Source: Utricularia gibba (Eukaryota; Plantae; Magnoliophyta). Taken from it: a DNA stretch of 64,000 nucleotides. Of this stretch, positions 37,758 through 51,358 are shown piece after piece. Within the stretch, counting starts at the first letter, position 1. Every line of letters starts with the position of its first letter. The DNA lies in the NCBI GenBank assembly GCA_002189035.1, contig CM007989.1:6572001-6636000 (forward strand). Direction: 5' to 3'. The notes beneath the pieces are model-generated. The model had not been told where the DNA came from, did no database searches, and saw only the letters and a program-made list of their open reading frames with translations. A program made the translations under genes and the position numbers.

Positions 37758-39550
37758 GGCGACGAAGGAAGCTCAGCCTTGTCTCTGTGAAAGGAAACGG
37801 TGAAAGAGCAGAGGGGAGCTCCGTCTCGGACTTGGCTTAGAATAATCTATGAATTGACTCGAAAAACAGTGGGTGTTAAGGCATCAGGCTTATCAGCTAG
37901 GACACGACAAGACAGCCTACAGGAGTTAGGTCTACCCAATCAAAACGCGACACTTGGCCATATCTTAGCCAAACGAAATTCACCCTTGTTTTCCTATTTT
38001 CGGATACCAAGGGAAATTCAACCTAAAGCCAGGAACATCCCCAATCGGAATCCTCTATCTCTGAATCATCAGGCCCATCGGAACCCCCCACCGGAAACAC
38101 CCAAGCTACCACCACAATTCCTTATCAGAAAACAGTAATAGGCAGATGAGAGGAGCAATAATTCAGAGGGAGGGGTGAGGGGTAGGGTGAAGGACAGAAC
38201 TACCCCTCCTAGATCATGAAGAGGTAGGGTCAAGACAACTGAAGCATGAACGACTTAGCTGGCTGGTTGGCTGTTTCGATTTTCCCATCCTATTTGGGTG
38301 ATCCGACCGCCAGCAGGGCAGACGCCATTGAAGACCTGCTACCAAGATCAGATCAAGTGAAAAGAAGATTAGGCATCAAATGACTTATTTACAGCAAGAG
38401 ATAATGTGAGCTTGAGCATCTGATGCTTTGTGAAGGGATAAGACCCTATTCTACAGTAAGGGCAGGTGGCAGGCAGTTGATGTGAAGATTATTGGCCAGT
38501 GGCTGACATGGCTCGTCAACGAAGGCAGGTGGGAAATAGTTGGGCGGGTGGACAGAGCCCATCTCCTGTATTCACTGGGGTGTCCCTAGGGGAATTATAT
38601 GCTGCAAGTCCAGTTTCGTTGATTTTTCAAACACCTACTTTACACGACAACGAAGATGGACTTTGTGCAATGATTCAAGGAAGCGATGTGGGGACATCAA
38701 TCAAGCTACCCAAAACAGCAACTAAACCCATAGAAGTAACAGGCACTGACCTCCAAGTGACACCAAAATAGACCCTGGAAGCTCCATGCTACGTGCGTCA
38801 AAGCACACAAGTTTGTTTCTGGAAGTCATAGTTTGTGCTCATGAATCTCTTCGGAAGTTGTATTATATAGCCTTCTGTACAGTGCTTGATGCTAAGTCAC
38901 ATAAATACCTGGTCCCCAGTGAAGACCACCAGCACATTGAGCCAAATATCGGGCGGCTGGGATCGCAGCAGCCCTTTGGACAGCCCTAGGGAATATACTG
39001 GCGTGAGGTTTGCAGCAATCACAGCCATGAAAAGTCGTCATGCTAGCATTTTCAAGTGTGAATCCAGTTGAAGTGGCCAAAAGACACATTGCTTGGAAGT
39101 TCAGAAACCATCTCCTTCAAGATCATACTTCACTTTTGACCTGGTAGTATATGAAGATCCCAGCAGAGGACGATAGGAAATGAACATGAACAAGATTCTT
39201 TCCGCCGCTGTACCTGTGGAAGGAAGACGTAACCATATTTATAAGGCTAACGATAACAAACGGAAGGGAATTTTTAGATTGAAACCATATAGAACAGTTA
39301 CATTTGGATGCGTTCTGAAAAGCTTATGAACATGGACGCCAGTTGTCCAGGATCATAACTGGAGAACTACAAGACATATTGCCTTGCACTACCTTGCTCC
39401 GGTCAAAACCTAGTATTTGAAGCATTCGCTGAATATATTTAAGTACCTGGGAAATCCTACATGAAAAAAAATAAAGCTACCTCAAGGAGAATGACTTCAG
39501 CAGAAGTTACAAGATAGAATCTTCAGGTACGAATTTTTCACAACATTCCA

Positions 39551-41500
39551 TCAAACTTCCCTTTTCAACCACATTGTATAAATGTCAAATACTTTATCTA
39601 ACTCCCCCATCCTGAAAAGTTTCTTCATGAGTATTAGATATGGCACATGATCCATAGCTATACCAGACATGTGGAGTTTGAAAAGACCAGCCTCAGCCTC
39701 CCTAATTTGGTTTTGCATGCAGTAGCACTTAATCAACACTGTGTACGTTATAAGATCAGGACCACATCCCTGCCTAAGCATTTCATCATGCAGAAGGAGT
39801 GCAAAACCCAAGTTTCCATTAAAACAAGCAGCACCAATCAACAAATTGTATGTCACTACGTCAGGAATAATACCTCTTCTGAGCATCTCACTCTTTAGAT
39901 TATGTGCCTTGTCAATATTCCCACTTATTATTTGGGAATGAATCAAGGCATTGTATGTAAAAACATTAGGTTGAACACCATGATCAATCATCTGATCTTT
40001 CACTGATAGTGCACTCTTCACATCACCGTGTTTACCGTAAGCATTAATTACAGAATTCCAAACAATAGGCTTGGGTATAAATGATCTTTCCAGCATTAGC
40101 AGCAGAAAGTAATTTGCTGTCAGCACATTCCCGTTCATACACAAACCTTGGATGATTAACTTGAAGGTAATGTGATCTGGCTGAACACCCATTCTCCACA
40201 TATCACTGAAAACATGACAAGCTTCATTAAGATGTCCGGACTTGCAAAGATAGCTTATAAAACTATTATATGTAAATATATCTGGAAGGTGTCCACTTTT
40301 GAACATTTCAGCCAGCGACTTGTACACATGGTTTATGTACCCACTTAGAAAATAACCATGAATAATAACATTGTAAGCTACAATGTCTCCCAGGCCATAC
40401 TGAGTAATAGCTTTCCAATGAACAAGAGCTTCAGCTATATTTCCGGACTTGAACCATCCATCCATGAGGATGGTAGAAGTTATCAAGTCACAGGTTTCCG
40501 CCACATCATATTCAGCCAATATACTCTCGAGCAACCTTGCTGCATTTTTCAACAAGCCCCTGTGACAATAAGCATGAACAAGAATATTACACGAAATCCT
40601 GTCTGGCTGTATTCCAAGGTTAGCCATGTCAGAGAAGGCACATAGTGCTTTATCCACTTCATTGGCGCGACAGTACCCGGTCATTAAAGTGTTGTAAGTG
40701 GCACAGGTAGGTGAAGGACCATGGCGCACCATCTCCTTAACAAGCCTCTCAGCCCCTTCCAGATCGCCAGTCTTACAAAGCGCGTTTATAAGGTAATTGG
40801 AAGTGATGACATCAGGTGCCATTCCTCGCTCAACCAATGCCCTCCGAAGGCTTAAAGCAGTAGCTATCTTACCTTCCAGACATAAAGCTCTAATTGCAGC
40901 AATGTCACTGCGATGTATTTTCTCTACAGGAAATGCTTCCCTGCATTATCAGAAAGCCCGATTGAAATTAACCATATAAAATGGAAAACATTAAGCCCCT
41001 CCCCGCCAGTAAGAATTTAAAAAAACTGAGTCTCTGTTTTTTAAGAACCAGGCAGATTCAACCTCATAGACTTCAAGCGGTCCAAACTAGCCTTCAGCAT
41101 TGCATCTAAAGCATTAAAAGCAGCATCCCCGGAATCACCCCCACTCGGAGGTTCCGCTCTCTCATTTTGCTCAACCATTACCCTCCTAAAATAAAAAAAG
41201 GGCAGAATAAATCGAAAACTTACGCCATCGAAGCGGTCATCAACAACAAAAACTGCTTTTACCTGGAACGAATTGAACGTAGCCCCGATTTCGAGCCGAA
41301 AATCGAGAAATAGACAGAGAACTGATCCTTCAAGGATTCTAGGACTTGGAAACTTCCATTCAAAATCCGGAAAACCAAGCATGTCCCTTGGATAGGAATT
41401 GGAAGCTGAAATTCACACATTAATCACCAAAAAGGTAATATGAGATACTACCTTCTGAATGCAGCAAAAGGAATCAAGATCCAGTACTTACCGACTGCAT
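39551..41500 (-). CDS. P-class pentatricopeptide repeat protein; start tentative (9-nt first exon ATG CAG TCG at 41500-41492)
   Basis: Long last exon with about 11 PPR motifs (TYNTLM.GYC.., DIFTYNSFI..LCK); upstream exon AAFNALDAMLKASLDRLKSMR resembles my recollection of Arabidopsis At5g24830; GT-AG junctions keep frame. Confidence 0.88.
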
Positions 41501-42537
41501 CTATTGCAGTAACGGAAGCAGAAAGCGGCGACGAGGACGCACTGATCTCCAACGGGAAGCCGGAAATGAGAAATCCTCGACGAATAGCGATATTCTTAAA
41601 GGGCCCTTGTAAATGAACTCAATGACCTTCAATTCTTTATTGGGCCTACTGTTGATGGGCTCAATAAGGTTTCTCATCTTACTTGGATAATTCATATTAA
41701 ATATTAATTTATTACAAAAATCCTTATTTTGAAATAAAACAAAACTGTATAATTGTTGGAGAATTGCTCCTGAAAAATTTAAACTTGAAATTCTACAACT
41801 TCTTGAAAATAATAAATTTTATATTTGTTTAAAATGTTTTTAGAGTTTTTTATAAAAAAAATTCGATTATGTGTCATAATAAAATTATTTCTACGACACA
41901 AATATGGTAAATTACATTATTTTCAATAGCATAATATTCAATTTTTTAATCATGATGACACATAAAGTTATGTCCCATATAGATTTCATTAATCTCTGAT
42001 TTAAAAATATAATATAATATATATTATTTAATTTTTTTTTTAGTGATCACTTTTATTTTATCTATTTTAATCAATAAATTAATTTATTATTATTATTTTC
42101 ATTAAATTTTAATGAATAAATAACATGATACTATTCTATATAGTATAATATTTTTTATTTATTAAAAAAATTATTTAATATGGCTTGGGCTGCCATTTTT
42201 TTTACCATATTTGGATATTCTTTAATAAATCTAATTTATGCTTAATACGGAATAATAATAATAATATTATTATTATTATTGAAAAAAAAAAGATGTCTGA
42301 AAGGAAAGAGACAAAATGATCACTAAACAAAATGAAACGTAAATTACTTTCCAGCTAAGAGCCCACGAGTCTATCGTGATGTGGGCCATCACCTGTTGCC
42401 GGAGAAGAGTTCCGGCGACCGGAATTGTTACATACCATCAGGAACCTGATCGTGCATGACATCGATATCCATGGCATGATTCTAGTGTAGATTCTGGTAA
42501 GTACAAGTGGAGAAGCTTTCTGTTCCCTTTCCTGGTT

Positions 42538-42917
42538 TCAGGGAAAGCTATCTTCCTGAAATTCTTCAATTTTTGGTCTGTTTTCCATGGCATTCATCTC
42601 TATCTGACTCTCATCTTTCCTCTTGATCCGCACAGGGATCGCCAGAAAGGTGGGTTGCACTTCTCCGGCCATGATCACCAGAACCCTGTCATCGCTATAC
42701 GACGCCTCCTTCACATCGCCGCTCTCGACGTCTGCGGGGCATCTTCATTGAGCTTCCAAAAGGAGCACGCGAGGATGAGGAGGGCGAAGGCGATGAGGGC
42801 GACCATGGCGGCTAAGCCGCCGAAGAGATAAGGCACCGGGGAATGCCACGGCGAGGCTTGAAAGGTGAGCGACGGCGGCGTGAAGGTCTCCCCTGCGGCG
42901 GCGTCCGGCTTTGTCAT
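42538..42917 (-). CDS. GDU: GLUTAMINE DUMPER family membrane protein; one frameshift at 42736-42739
   Basis: SPWHSPVPYLFGGLAAMVALIAFALLILACSFWK; after the shift DVESG...VLVIMAGEVQPTFLAIP to TGA at 42540-42538. Confidence 0.9.
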
Positions 42918-44048
42918 TTTCGAAATTCCGTGAGGCGTGAAATGAACTCACCTTTTTGCTGTTGTGGTGGCGAGGACGTGTGTTTGAAAATCAAGTTACA
43001 AAAGCCAATGGCTATTGAATTAGATTATTTTTTTTGTTTTTTGGATTATAAAAGATATTTTCCAATTAAAAATTAAATGGAGGGAATTTAATTTATTTTT
43101 TCAATTTCAAAAAATATTAAGAAAAAAACCAGAACTAAAAATCTCAAAAATAAAAAAATTATAATTTTCACATGCTATAGTCCAAGCTATAGTTGAAATG
43201 GAAACCTAATCGAATGTGACGTTCTATTTCGATTTTCTTGAATTTGATTAAACCCAATAGCTCGTAATTTCATATGTTCAATTCGTATTTAAAACCAAAA
43301 CCAAGATTCGTCAATTTCGATATTCAACTCTACGGGTTTTCAATTTAGTTCCAAAGAACTAACAATTATCTACATTTTTTATAACCTTATTGAATAAAAA
43401 GCTATATTTTTGGTAACTTTATCCACAAGGGATCAATGCAACTTGCCAGCAACAAACTTTAATATCTTTCTGATGACGTTGTCTCATTCACAAGGTACTT
43501 TTCCATTGAAAATTATCTTGAGATATTAATATTCTTTTTTAGAAAGAAAAATGATCAATTTTAAATTCCAGAAATACTCACTTGGGCAGGCCGTACCGTG
43601 AAATCATTAATGGGCCAATAATTGGGCCTCAGACCGATGAATCCGCGTTCCGAAACTAATGATGTTGTCTGGGTCTGGGAGTGGGAGCCAGTGCCTTGTG
43701 ATTGAAGGAAGCGGCTACGCAATAGCATCGATGTAGAATTGGAAAGAAGGCGATTTCTTTTGGTAGGCTGCCGATCAATTTTGCACGCGCTCTATTTTTT
43801 TTTTTTTTTTGATTCGCTTCCCGGGTTTGATTTTGGTGTGGTTGATTTTGGAAGGATACCGCATTGTTGTACTGATTATCCTTCTTCCGAATGTGACTCA
43901 GGGAGGGATGGCCATGCTTGTATATTGATTTCTACTATCTACTGTTACTTGGGTCATCTAGTCTCTAGATCTGATGAAGTAAGAAGAGGGGTGCTGTATT
44001 TGGAGCTTATTTTTCATACTCAGCTCTGGATAGAGTTTGATTATTTCG

Positions 44049-45576
44049 ATGGAAATCAATCCCAAGAGGTATTTAACTTTTATGTTTCGCCTCACACTTT
44101 TTTGAAGTTTATCCACAATGGTTGTTTTGGATATTTAATCTGCTAGTCTCCTTTAGGAGGGCGATGCTTCCATTGGAGATTCTATTGAGTAATTTGATAT
44201 TCAAGGGCAGATATGCAATGTGTTGTCCTTTAATGATTATTTGCTACGTGCTGCAGCTTAATTGCCGCTACGGCATATGGGTTTGCGTCAATGGCAATGG
44301 TGTTCATCAATAAAGCTGTGTTGATGCAGTATTCTCACTCGATGACTCTTCTCACACTTCAGGTAAATCACATAAAGCTGTGTTGTAGCCCTTTCTGCCT
44401 AGTTGATTGACCGGTGTTTCTTTTTTATATTGTTTGAGTTTCTACCAGCAATTGATGACATGTTTGCTTATACACTTTGCCAAAGTTATGGGGTACACAA
44501 AATCCAGAGACTTCAACTTGGAAACTGCTAAAAAACTTTTAGTAGTTTCCTTATTCTATAATGCAAATGTGGCCTTCGCATTAGCAAGCTTGAAGGGAGT
44601 TAATATTCCCATGTACATAGCCATCAAGAGGCTCACTCCGTTGGCTGTTCTTGTGGCTGGTCTCTTTACTGGAAAACGAAGGCCTACAAAGCAGGTTATC
44701 ATTGCTCTCTACAGCCGTTTTGAATTATAACATTGCTTCTCAACCAGCTCGTGGCTTCTTCTCAAAATCTTCAGGTCACTTTTTCTGTGATTCTGACTGC
44801 TGCTGGATGCCTTGTAGCTGCACTTGGAGACTTCTCTTTTGATCTTTTCGGCTATGCCATGGCATTCACTTCTGTTTTCTTCCAGGTGAACGAGTTTCTT
44901 GTTACAATAACGTGTAAACTCGATTGATGATCTACTCACAAGTCTGTATGCAGACAATGTATCTCTTGTTAGTGGAGAAATCTGGTGCAGAAGACGGACT
45001 CTCTTCCATTGAAATCATGTTCTACAACAGCATTTTGTCTCTACCATTTCTAATGTTCCTCATAATAGCTACCGGTGAATTCCCAGGATCCATGGCAGTT
45101 CTATACGAAAAGGTAAGCTTAGCATTACAACAAGAGCCACCACCAACACATCTTTTATATACTGATATTTTTCGCTCTGTGAGCAGAGTGGCTCATTGTA
45201 CTTCACCGTGATTCTGCTTCTGTCATTGGTGATGGGGATCGTGCTGAACTACACAATGTTCCTATGCACAATTGTCAACTCAGCGTTAACCACAACAATA
45301 GTGGGAGTACTGAAAGGAGTTGGCTCCACAGTCAGTTTCTGAGACATGAACTTCTTACACTCTGTGGCTTGCTGCTCCTTCATGTCACTGATCCTCCAAT
45401 TTCTTCAACAGGTACTCGGCTTCTTCGTGCTCGGAGGAGTTCAAGTTCGTGCACTTAACGTCATTGGGCTGATAATCAACACATCAGGTGGTGTTTGGTA
45501 TTCTGTTGCTAAGTACATGCAGAAGACATCAAAGCTCCCAAAGGTGGCTTCTGATGCAGTAGAACACCAGAAGTGA
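44049..45576 (+). CDS. UTR7: Nucleotide-sugar transporter, UDP-galactose/UDP-glucose transporter 7-like, multi-exon
   Basis: YGFASMAMVFINKAV, FYNANVAFALASLKGVNIPMYIAIKRLTPLAVL, TMYLLLVEKSGAEDGLSSIEIMFYNS, VNSALTTTIVGVLKGVGST; start tentative. Confidence 0.92.
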
Positions 45577-46554
45577 GTGATGTTCTGTTAGCAAGAGCCT
45601 TGCAAACATATGAGCATTGAGCAAAGCCTTCTAATCTGTTGGGAAGCATTCACATAGGGCAATTTACCTCATCATTTGTTCGTTTTTCGTCGAAAATTTC
45701 AAAAATCGAAAGCAAATTTAAAATCCATCAGCTTCACTTTTCAGTAGTTGTTTGTGGTTTTAGGATTGTTGGATAGGGTATGAAATATTATTTTGTATTA
45801 ATTAATTTTATTATTATATTAAATATAATGTTAATTTTGTTACTAAATCATAGTGAAATACAAGTGTAGTGACTTTAGTTATCCTTTTTATTTTAAATGC
45901 ATTATAATTTTAACTATCATTTTTATTCCTTTGTATGTTAATATAAATTAATTATCTGTTTTCATTATTTTTTTTGAATTTTCTACATTTATAAAATATA
46001 ATTTCTTAGAATTTAAATTATTAGTATTTTTTAATATTTTTTAGTTATTTTTGTAACATTTTTACGCAATGTATATTTTGGATATTTTTATAAAAACTTT
46101 TTTAACTATAAGTATTTTAATAAACTTCTATATAAATTTAGTTTTACAAGAACCATAATTTTATGCCAAACATTGAAAACAATAATGAATTAAATTAGGT
46201 TTTTTATAAAATACTCACAAGTTTTTTTTAAATCATTTATCTTTATACAAATTAATCCTATTCATAATTAATTTGATCAAATTAATACAAACAACCAAAC
46301 GAACTGATTGATTGTTTAACTGATCAAATAAACATCTAAGGCTTTGTTCGTAACACTCTGGGCTTCTGGAGAAACATTCAAACAATTTCATTATCTTATG
46401 ATACGTTTGCAAAAATCACTCTAAAATTGATTTTAAGAAAATTAAAAATTTTGATAGAAATATAATTAATATGTTCAAAAGTTTTAAGAATCAAACATTA
46501 TTTGAATTCTTATAAAAGAGAAGTAATTATGATAAATAAATTATAATTATATTT

Positions 46555-47087
46555 TGATGGGGTATAAATCAGATTCAGTTAATCGGTCTCTGAAAAGTAG
46601 CCGAAAGTTGCCCTGATCGACTGGCTCAAGCCGACAGACTGATATATGTCAGAGATTTGACAGTAGCAGCCGTTTTGCATAATCTGAAAAGTGGTCGAAT
46701 TATGGCAGAACAGACGACGGTTATTTGAAAAGTAGGACCACAATACATATTACAAGCGTAGAAAGCATTCAACATCTACATAATTCATGATTCGATCAAA
46801 TCGACCTCTTCTACAAGTATGAGGAATTCACAAGAGAAAATGATTCGACTTTAAGCCCTCCAATTTATATTTTCTCTCCACCTCCATCTAGTGAATATAT
46901 TTTCCAGCAAGTTTTGACAGTTTTGTAGTTTTTCCATTCTCTGACGGTTTCTACGTTAAAACCTCGATCTTATTTCATTTCAAGTTAACAGGATTACACC
47001 ACAAAGAATATTCGGATACGGCATGCTTGTCTACATCCGTGACCCGAAAATCGACTCTCACTCTAACACCGATTTTTGCCCTTAACA
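46555..47087. mobile_element. Solo LTR of an LTR retrotransposon, 533 bp
   Basis: TGATGGGG...CCCTTAACA termini; identical 5-bp flanks TATTT (46550-46554 and 47088-47092); sharp drop in AT content at both edges. Confidence 0.72.
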
Positions 47088-48295
47088 TATTTTATATCAT
47101 AAAATTATTTTATTGATTTATAAAATTATGCGTTATATTATTATTTTAACTTAAATATATTGATGTTAAAATTATAATTTAAGAATTAAAGTAATTAAAC
47201 TAGTTACAATAAAAAAGCTTGCCGGACTAGTGGGGCCCTATCTGGAGACATACTCAAAACCATGCCTTTCGAACCAAAATAATAATTTTAATTATTTATA
47301 AAAAAAGTATAATTATAATTTCAATCTTAAAATCAATTATCACAGATTCCATATTTCTCATAAAATTGAAATAATTCTAAAATTTTTTTCATATAAATAA
47401 TTTGATATACATTTGAAATAAAGAAATAATTTTACAAGAATAGAGTTGATTAAATATACTTTAAAATATTGCTTCAATTTTTAATTTTTAAGAAGTATTT
47501 TGTATTTCCCAAGACACTGAATCCATTGGGTTTAAAATTTAATTGCTTCAATTTTTAATTTGCTCCAAGTCAGTTGCCATCAAGGAACAGAAGCAGGAGG
47601 TATTGTAAATATTACTCCACCATGAATAAAATTTAAAATTTGAATCTTAAATGTGAGAAGTTATAGTGGATCGTTGGAAAAAAAAAATCATTGAAATCAT
47701 GGGTTTTGAAATTTCGAACAAATTTTAAGAGAATTTGAAAATATTTTATTGCATAAAAATTCGAAGTTTTATGAATTTATCCGATTTAAAAAAACAAGAA
47801 TAACACAAAAATTGAAGGATTTGCGACATGCATTTAACGGCCGTGTAAAACCTGTCGTGGGCAAAGTGGGGCCGGGGCGGTAGGGGGGGGCTGGACCCCC
47901 GATTTGCAGCCATTATTGAAAAAATCTTCGTCGGTGGGGCGTCCAATTTCACCAGGGGGGAGATTTTGACCGGTGGTGGGAGCGATTCTGGCGAGGCAAG
48001 ACACGAGTTAATGCTCTATCGCAACTCCATCCAACTGGCTGCTGGTGCAAGAGCAGCTTGCTTCTCAGAAACCACGTTGCTTCCCTCCCTTCCGATCCTG
48101 ATTTAGGGTTCCGGGAGCACTGCGGAGGGTGGTTACCGGTGTCGGTGGCTGTTATCCTGATGATGCGCCAGACAAGCTGTAAATGCCCAAACATAGGGTG
48201 CTGAATTGCCGATTCAGTTGATGATGAAGGGATGGAGGTTGATTTCTTCTGCCTGATTTCTGTGAAATTTTGCTGGTTTTTACCTCGGGGAGAGG

Positions 48296-50314
48296 ATGCC
48301 TGTGAATGGAACGATGGATGCAGGCATTGAGCATGTGGTATCTGCTGCGGAGGCGGTGAAGGCCTGTTTGGCGGAATCCAAAGCTCTCCATTCCTCTCTT
48401 GATGAAGTGGGCTGCAGGTTAGATGAGATTAACCACCGATTGCCGTCTCTAGACGTCGCGCTTCGGGCTCAACGGGATGCCCTCAGTGCTGTCGGAGGAC
48501 GCATCAGTAGAGCTGTAGTTCCAGCAACTGCTGTTCTCAAGGTCTTTGACGCCATTCATGGGCTGGAGAAGTCATTGTTTGAACCTCAAACTGATCTTCC
48601 AGGGTATCTTGCTGTCCTTGAACGCCTCGAGGAGGCTCTGGCCTTCTTGGGAGAGAATTGTGGGATGGCAGTACAATGGTTAGCCGATGTCGTCCAGCAT
48701 CTGGAGGATCACGAGGTGGCTGATCCACGCTTCACTTCTGGAATGAAGAAGGCACTTGGAGATCTGCAGGAGCTAGAGAAAGGTGATGACAGGGGTGGTC
48801 TTGATGGAGGGCTCTTTGATGCTGCTTTGGACAGACTAGAGAATGAGTTTCAGCGTCTGCTGAAAGAGAACAGTGCTCCATTGTTGCCGCCGCCCACCTC
48901 CGAGCCGTCTAGGATGAGCGAACAAGCCTCAATCTCTGCGTCTCCCATGCCTGTGTCCTGCATCGATAAGTTGCAAGCTATCTTAGTCTGGTTAAATAAG
49001 CACAAGAGACTTGACAAGTGCATCTCCATGTATGTCACAATCCGAAGTTCGACTGTACGGGAGAGCTTGCAAGCTCTGGATCTGGGGTATCTCAAACTAA
49101 CAGTTTCCGAGTTCAATGAAGCAGCTGATAAGGAGGCTTACGTGGAGAAATGGGGCAGGCATCTGGAGTTTTCCACAAAGCATTTGTTTGAAGGGGAGTA
49201 TAAGCTCTGCAGGGACATGTTTGAGAGGATAGGACTGCAAGCGTGGAAGAGCTGCTTTGCCAAAATAGCTGCCTCTTCAGGAATTCTTTCTTTTCTGCAG
49301 TTCGGGAAAACAGTGGCTGAAAGCAAGAAAGATCCCGTCAAGCTGCTCAAGCTGTTCGACATATTTGCTGCACTGAACAGACTGAGATTGGATTTCAACA
49401 GGCTCTTCGGCGGTCCGGAATGCATGGAGATCCAAAATTTAACGAGGGATCTGATCAGGGGTGTGATCCAAGGTGCCTGTGAGATTTTCTGGGAGCTACT
49501 GATTCAAGTTGAGCTGCAGAGACAAACACCACCACCATCAGATTGTAGTGTCCCGAGAGTGGTGATCTTTATTACAGATTATTGCAATAAGCTTCTTGGA
49601 GATGACTATAAGCCAATTCTGCTACAAGTTCTAGTCATCGAGAAAAGCTGGAAGCAGGAAAAGTTCCACGAAAAAAGACTGATCAAAGAGATCCTGAACC
49701 TGGTCAGAGGTATTGAGTTGAACCTGGAAACATGGGCGAAGGGCTACCAAGATGCTGTTACTTCCTCTGTGTTCTTGATGAACAATCACTGGCATTTGTT
49801 CAAGCATCTCAAAGGCACGAAGCTCGGCATGCTTCTAGGAGATTCATGGCTAAATGAGCAAGAGGAGGTCAAGGAGTATTGCGCTGCTGCTTTGGTGCGA
49901 GAGAGCTGGGGGAGGCTACCTGCCCTTCTAAGCCGGGAAGGCCTGGTTCTGTTCTCCGGCGGGCGTGAAACTGCACGAACTCTGGTGAAACAGCGCCTGA
50001 GATCTTTCAATGAAGCTTTTGATAAAATGTATCAGAAGCAATCCAGTTGGATGATACCCGACAAAGATCTCAGGGATAGAATCTGCCAGGACATTACTCA
50101 GACAATAGTTCCCGTCTACCGCAGCTACATGCAAAATTATGGTCCACTGGTGGAACAAGATCAAGCTGAAAGCAAGTATATCAAGTACACAGTTCAATCA
50201 ATGGAAAGAATTTTCATGTCCCTTTTCCATCCCAAATCCATGAAACAAGGGAGCTTCAAGATGAGCAAGGTGATTACAGCAGATCAGCACCAAACTTCTG
50301 CCAAAATTAGGTGA
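48296..50314 (+). CDS. EXO70G1: Exocyst subunit EXO70, G1-like, intronless, 672 aa
   Basis: AVLKVFDAIHGLEKSL, FLQFGKTVAESKKDPVKLLKL, MNNHWHL, LSREGLVLFSGG, VPVYRSYMQNYGPLVE. Confidence 0.95.
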   Translation: MPVNGTMDAGIEHVVSAAEAVKACLAESKALHSSLDEVGCRLDEINHRLPSLDVALRAQRDALSAVGGRISRAVVPATAVLKVFDAIHGLEKSLFEPQTDLPGYLAVLERLEEALAFLGENCGMAVQWLADVVQHLEDHEVADPRFTSGMKKALGDLQELEKGDDRGGLDGGLFDAALDRLENEFQRLLKENSAPLLPPPTSEPSRMSEQASISASPMPVSCIDKLQAILVWLNKHKRLDKCISMYVTIRSSTVRESLQALDLGYLKLTVSEFNEAADKEAYVEKWGRHLEFSTKHLFEGEYKLCRDMFERIGLQAWKSCFAKIAASSGILSFLQFGKTVAESKKDPVKLLKLFDIFAALNRLRLDFNRLFGGPECMEIQNLTRDLIRGVIQGACEIFWELLIQVELQRQTPPPSDCSVPRVVIFITDYCNKLLGDDYKPILLQVLVIEKSWKQEKFHEKRLIKEILNLVRGIELNLETWAKGYQDAVTSSVFLMNNHWHLFKHLKGTKLGMLLGDSWLNEQEEVKEYCAAALVRESWGRLPALLSREGLVLFSGGRETARTLVKQRLRSFNEAFDKMYQKQSSWMIPDKDLRDRICQDITQTIVPVYRSYMQNYGPLVEQDQAESKYIKYTVQSMERIFMSLFHPKSMKQGSFKMSKVITADQHQTSAKIR

Positions 50315-51358
50315 GGAAATATCAAGGCTTGTGACATGAATGCGGATAAGGGGCTGAAGTTTGAAGATTTTGGGGTAATGGAGAAAGGGGTGATAGGATA
50401 GATTGCGGAGGGATATTGAAATAGCTTGATTTGTACATGATAGCAAAATCATGTCCTTAGAAAATATCTCCAATAAAGCTTAGAGAGGAATTTGCTTTCT
50501 TCCTCCATGTGCCATCCTCATTGGTTGTATTCTTTGGGAATGAATGAATTTTATTGTCCAACAGCACAATAGACACTGTAAAGTCTTCAAGTTTTGCATT
50601 GGCTAAAGCACTTCAGAAAAGCAAACCAAGCGAAACGTGACAAGATTTGGATTCAGAAAATCATGGCATCACAGACCCTAACGCTAATAAATTAATCCAG
50701 AGCTAATTTTCTGAGGAGCTATTTTCGATTATAACAATAGTATTAAACATGCTACACGCATAAAAGTAGAAAAATAATAGAAAAAAAAGAACCTTCGGTA
50801 GATTAAAAGCTCATATCGGTCCATAAGAAAGCAAAGAAGGCAAGACACGCCTTAGCGGAGTATTCACAGATCAAGCAAAATTCAACTGCCAACATGGACC
50901 GGACCCCCAAAATGACCATGAGATCCTAAAGCAATAACCATAGAACCAGCTAGCAATGACAGAAATATGAGAGAGCTTCTCTATCACTTATTTGGTCCAA
51001 ATTGACGCCAACCAGAATCATCTTGCACTCCTTTGCTGGGTTAAACAAAAACACAAGGGTTATAAGGAGCACTGCAAAATACAACGTGGATCAAGCACGC
51101 GGAGAGGTACAAAAAATGCATTTTATACATGTAAGTGAAAGAGAATGTCAGGTTAACAGAAGGATACATAAAATGTCGGAAAGTATACCTCTTCGTCATC
51201 ATGAAGAATTGTGGAGTGACGTGGTTGGGAACTGTGGGGCAAAAAAAAAAAACTTCAGTTAGCTGAGAGTAGGAAGAAAAATGATCAACATCAAACTTCG
51301 AGCAACAATCAATCATAAGTTGAATATTGTTCATTTGAGTGCCTGCTTGGACATTCAC

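Noticed and set aside
38936-38950. miR171-like sequence ATTGAGCCAAATATC
   Set aside because: Lacks the central bases of miR171, and I saw no precursor hairpin.
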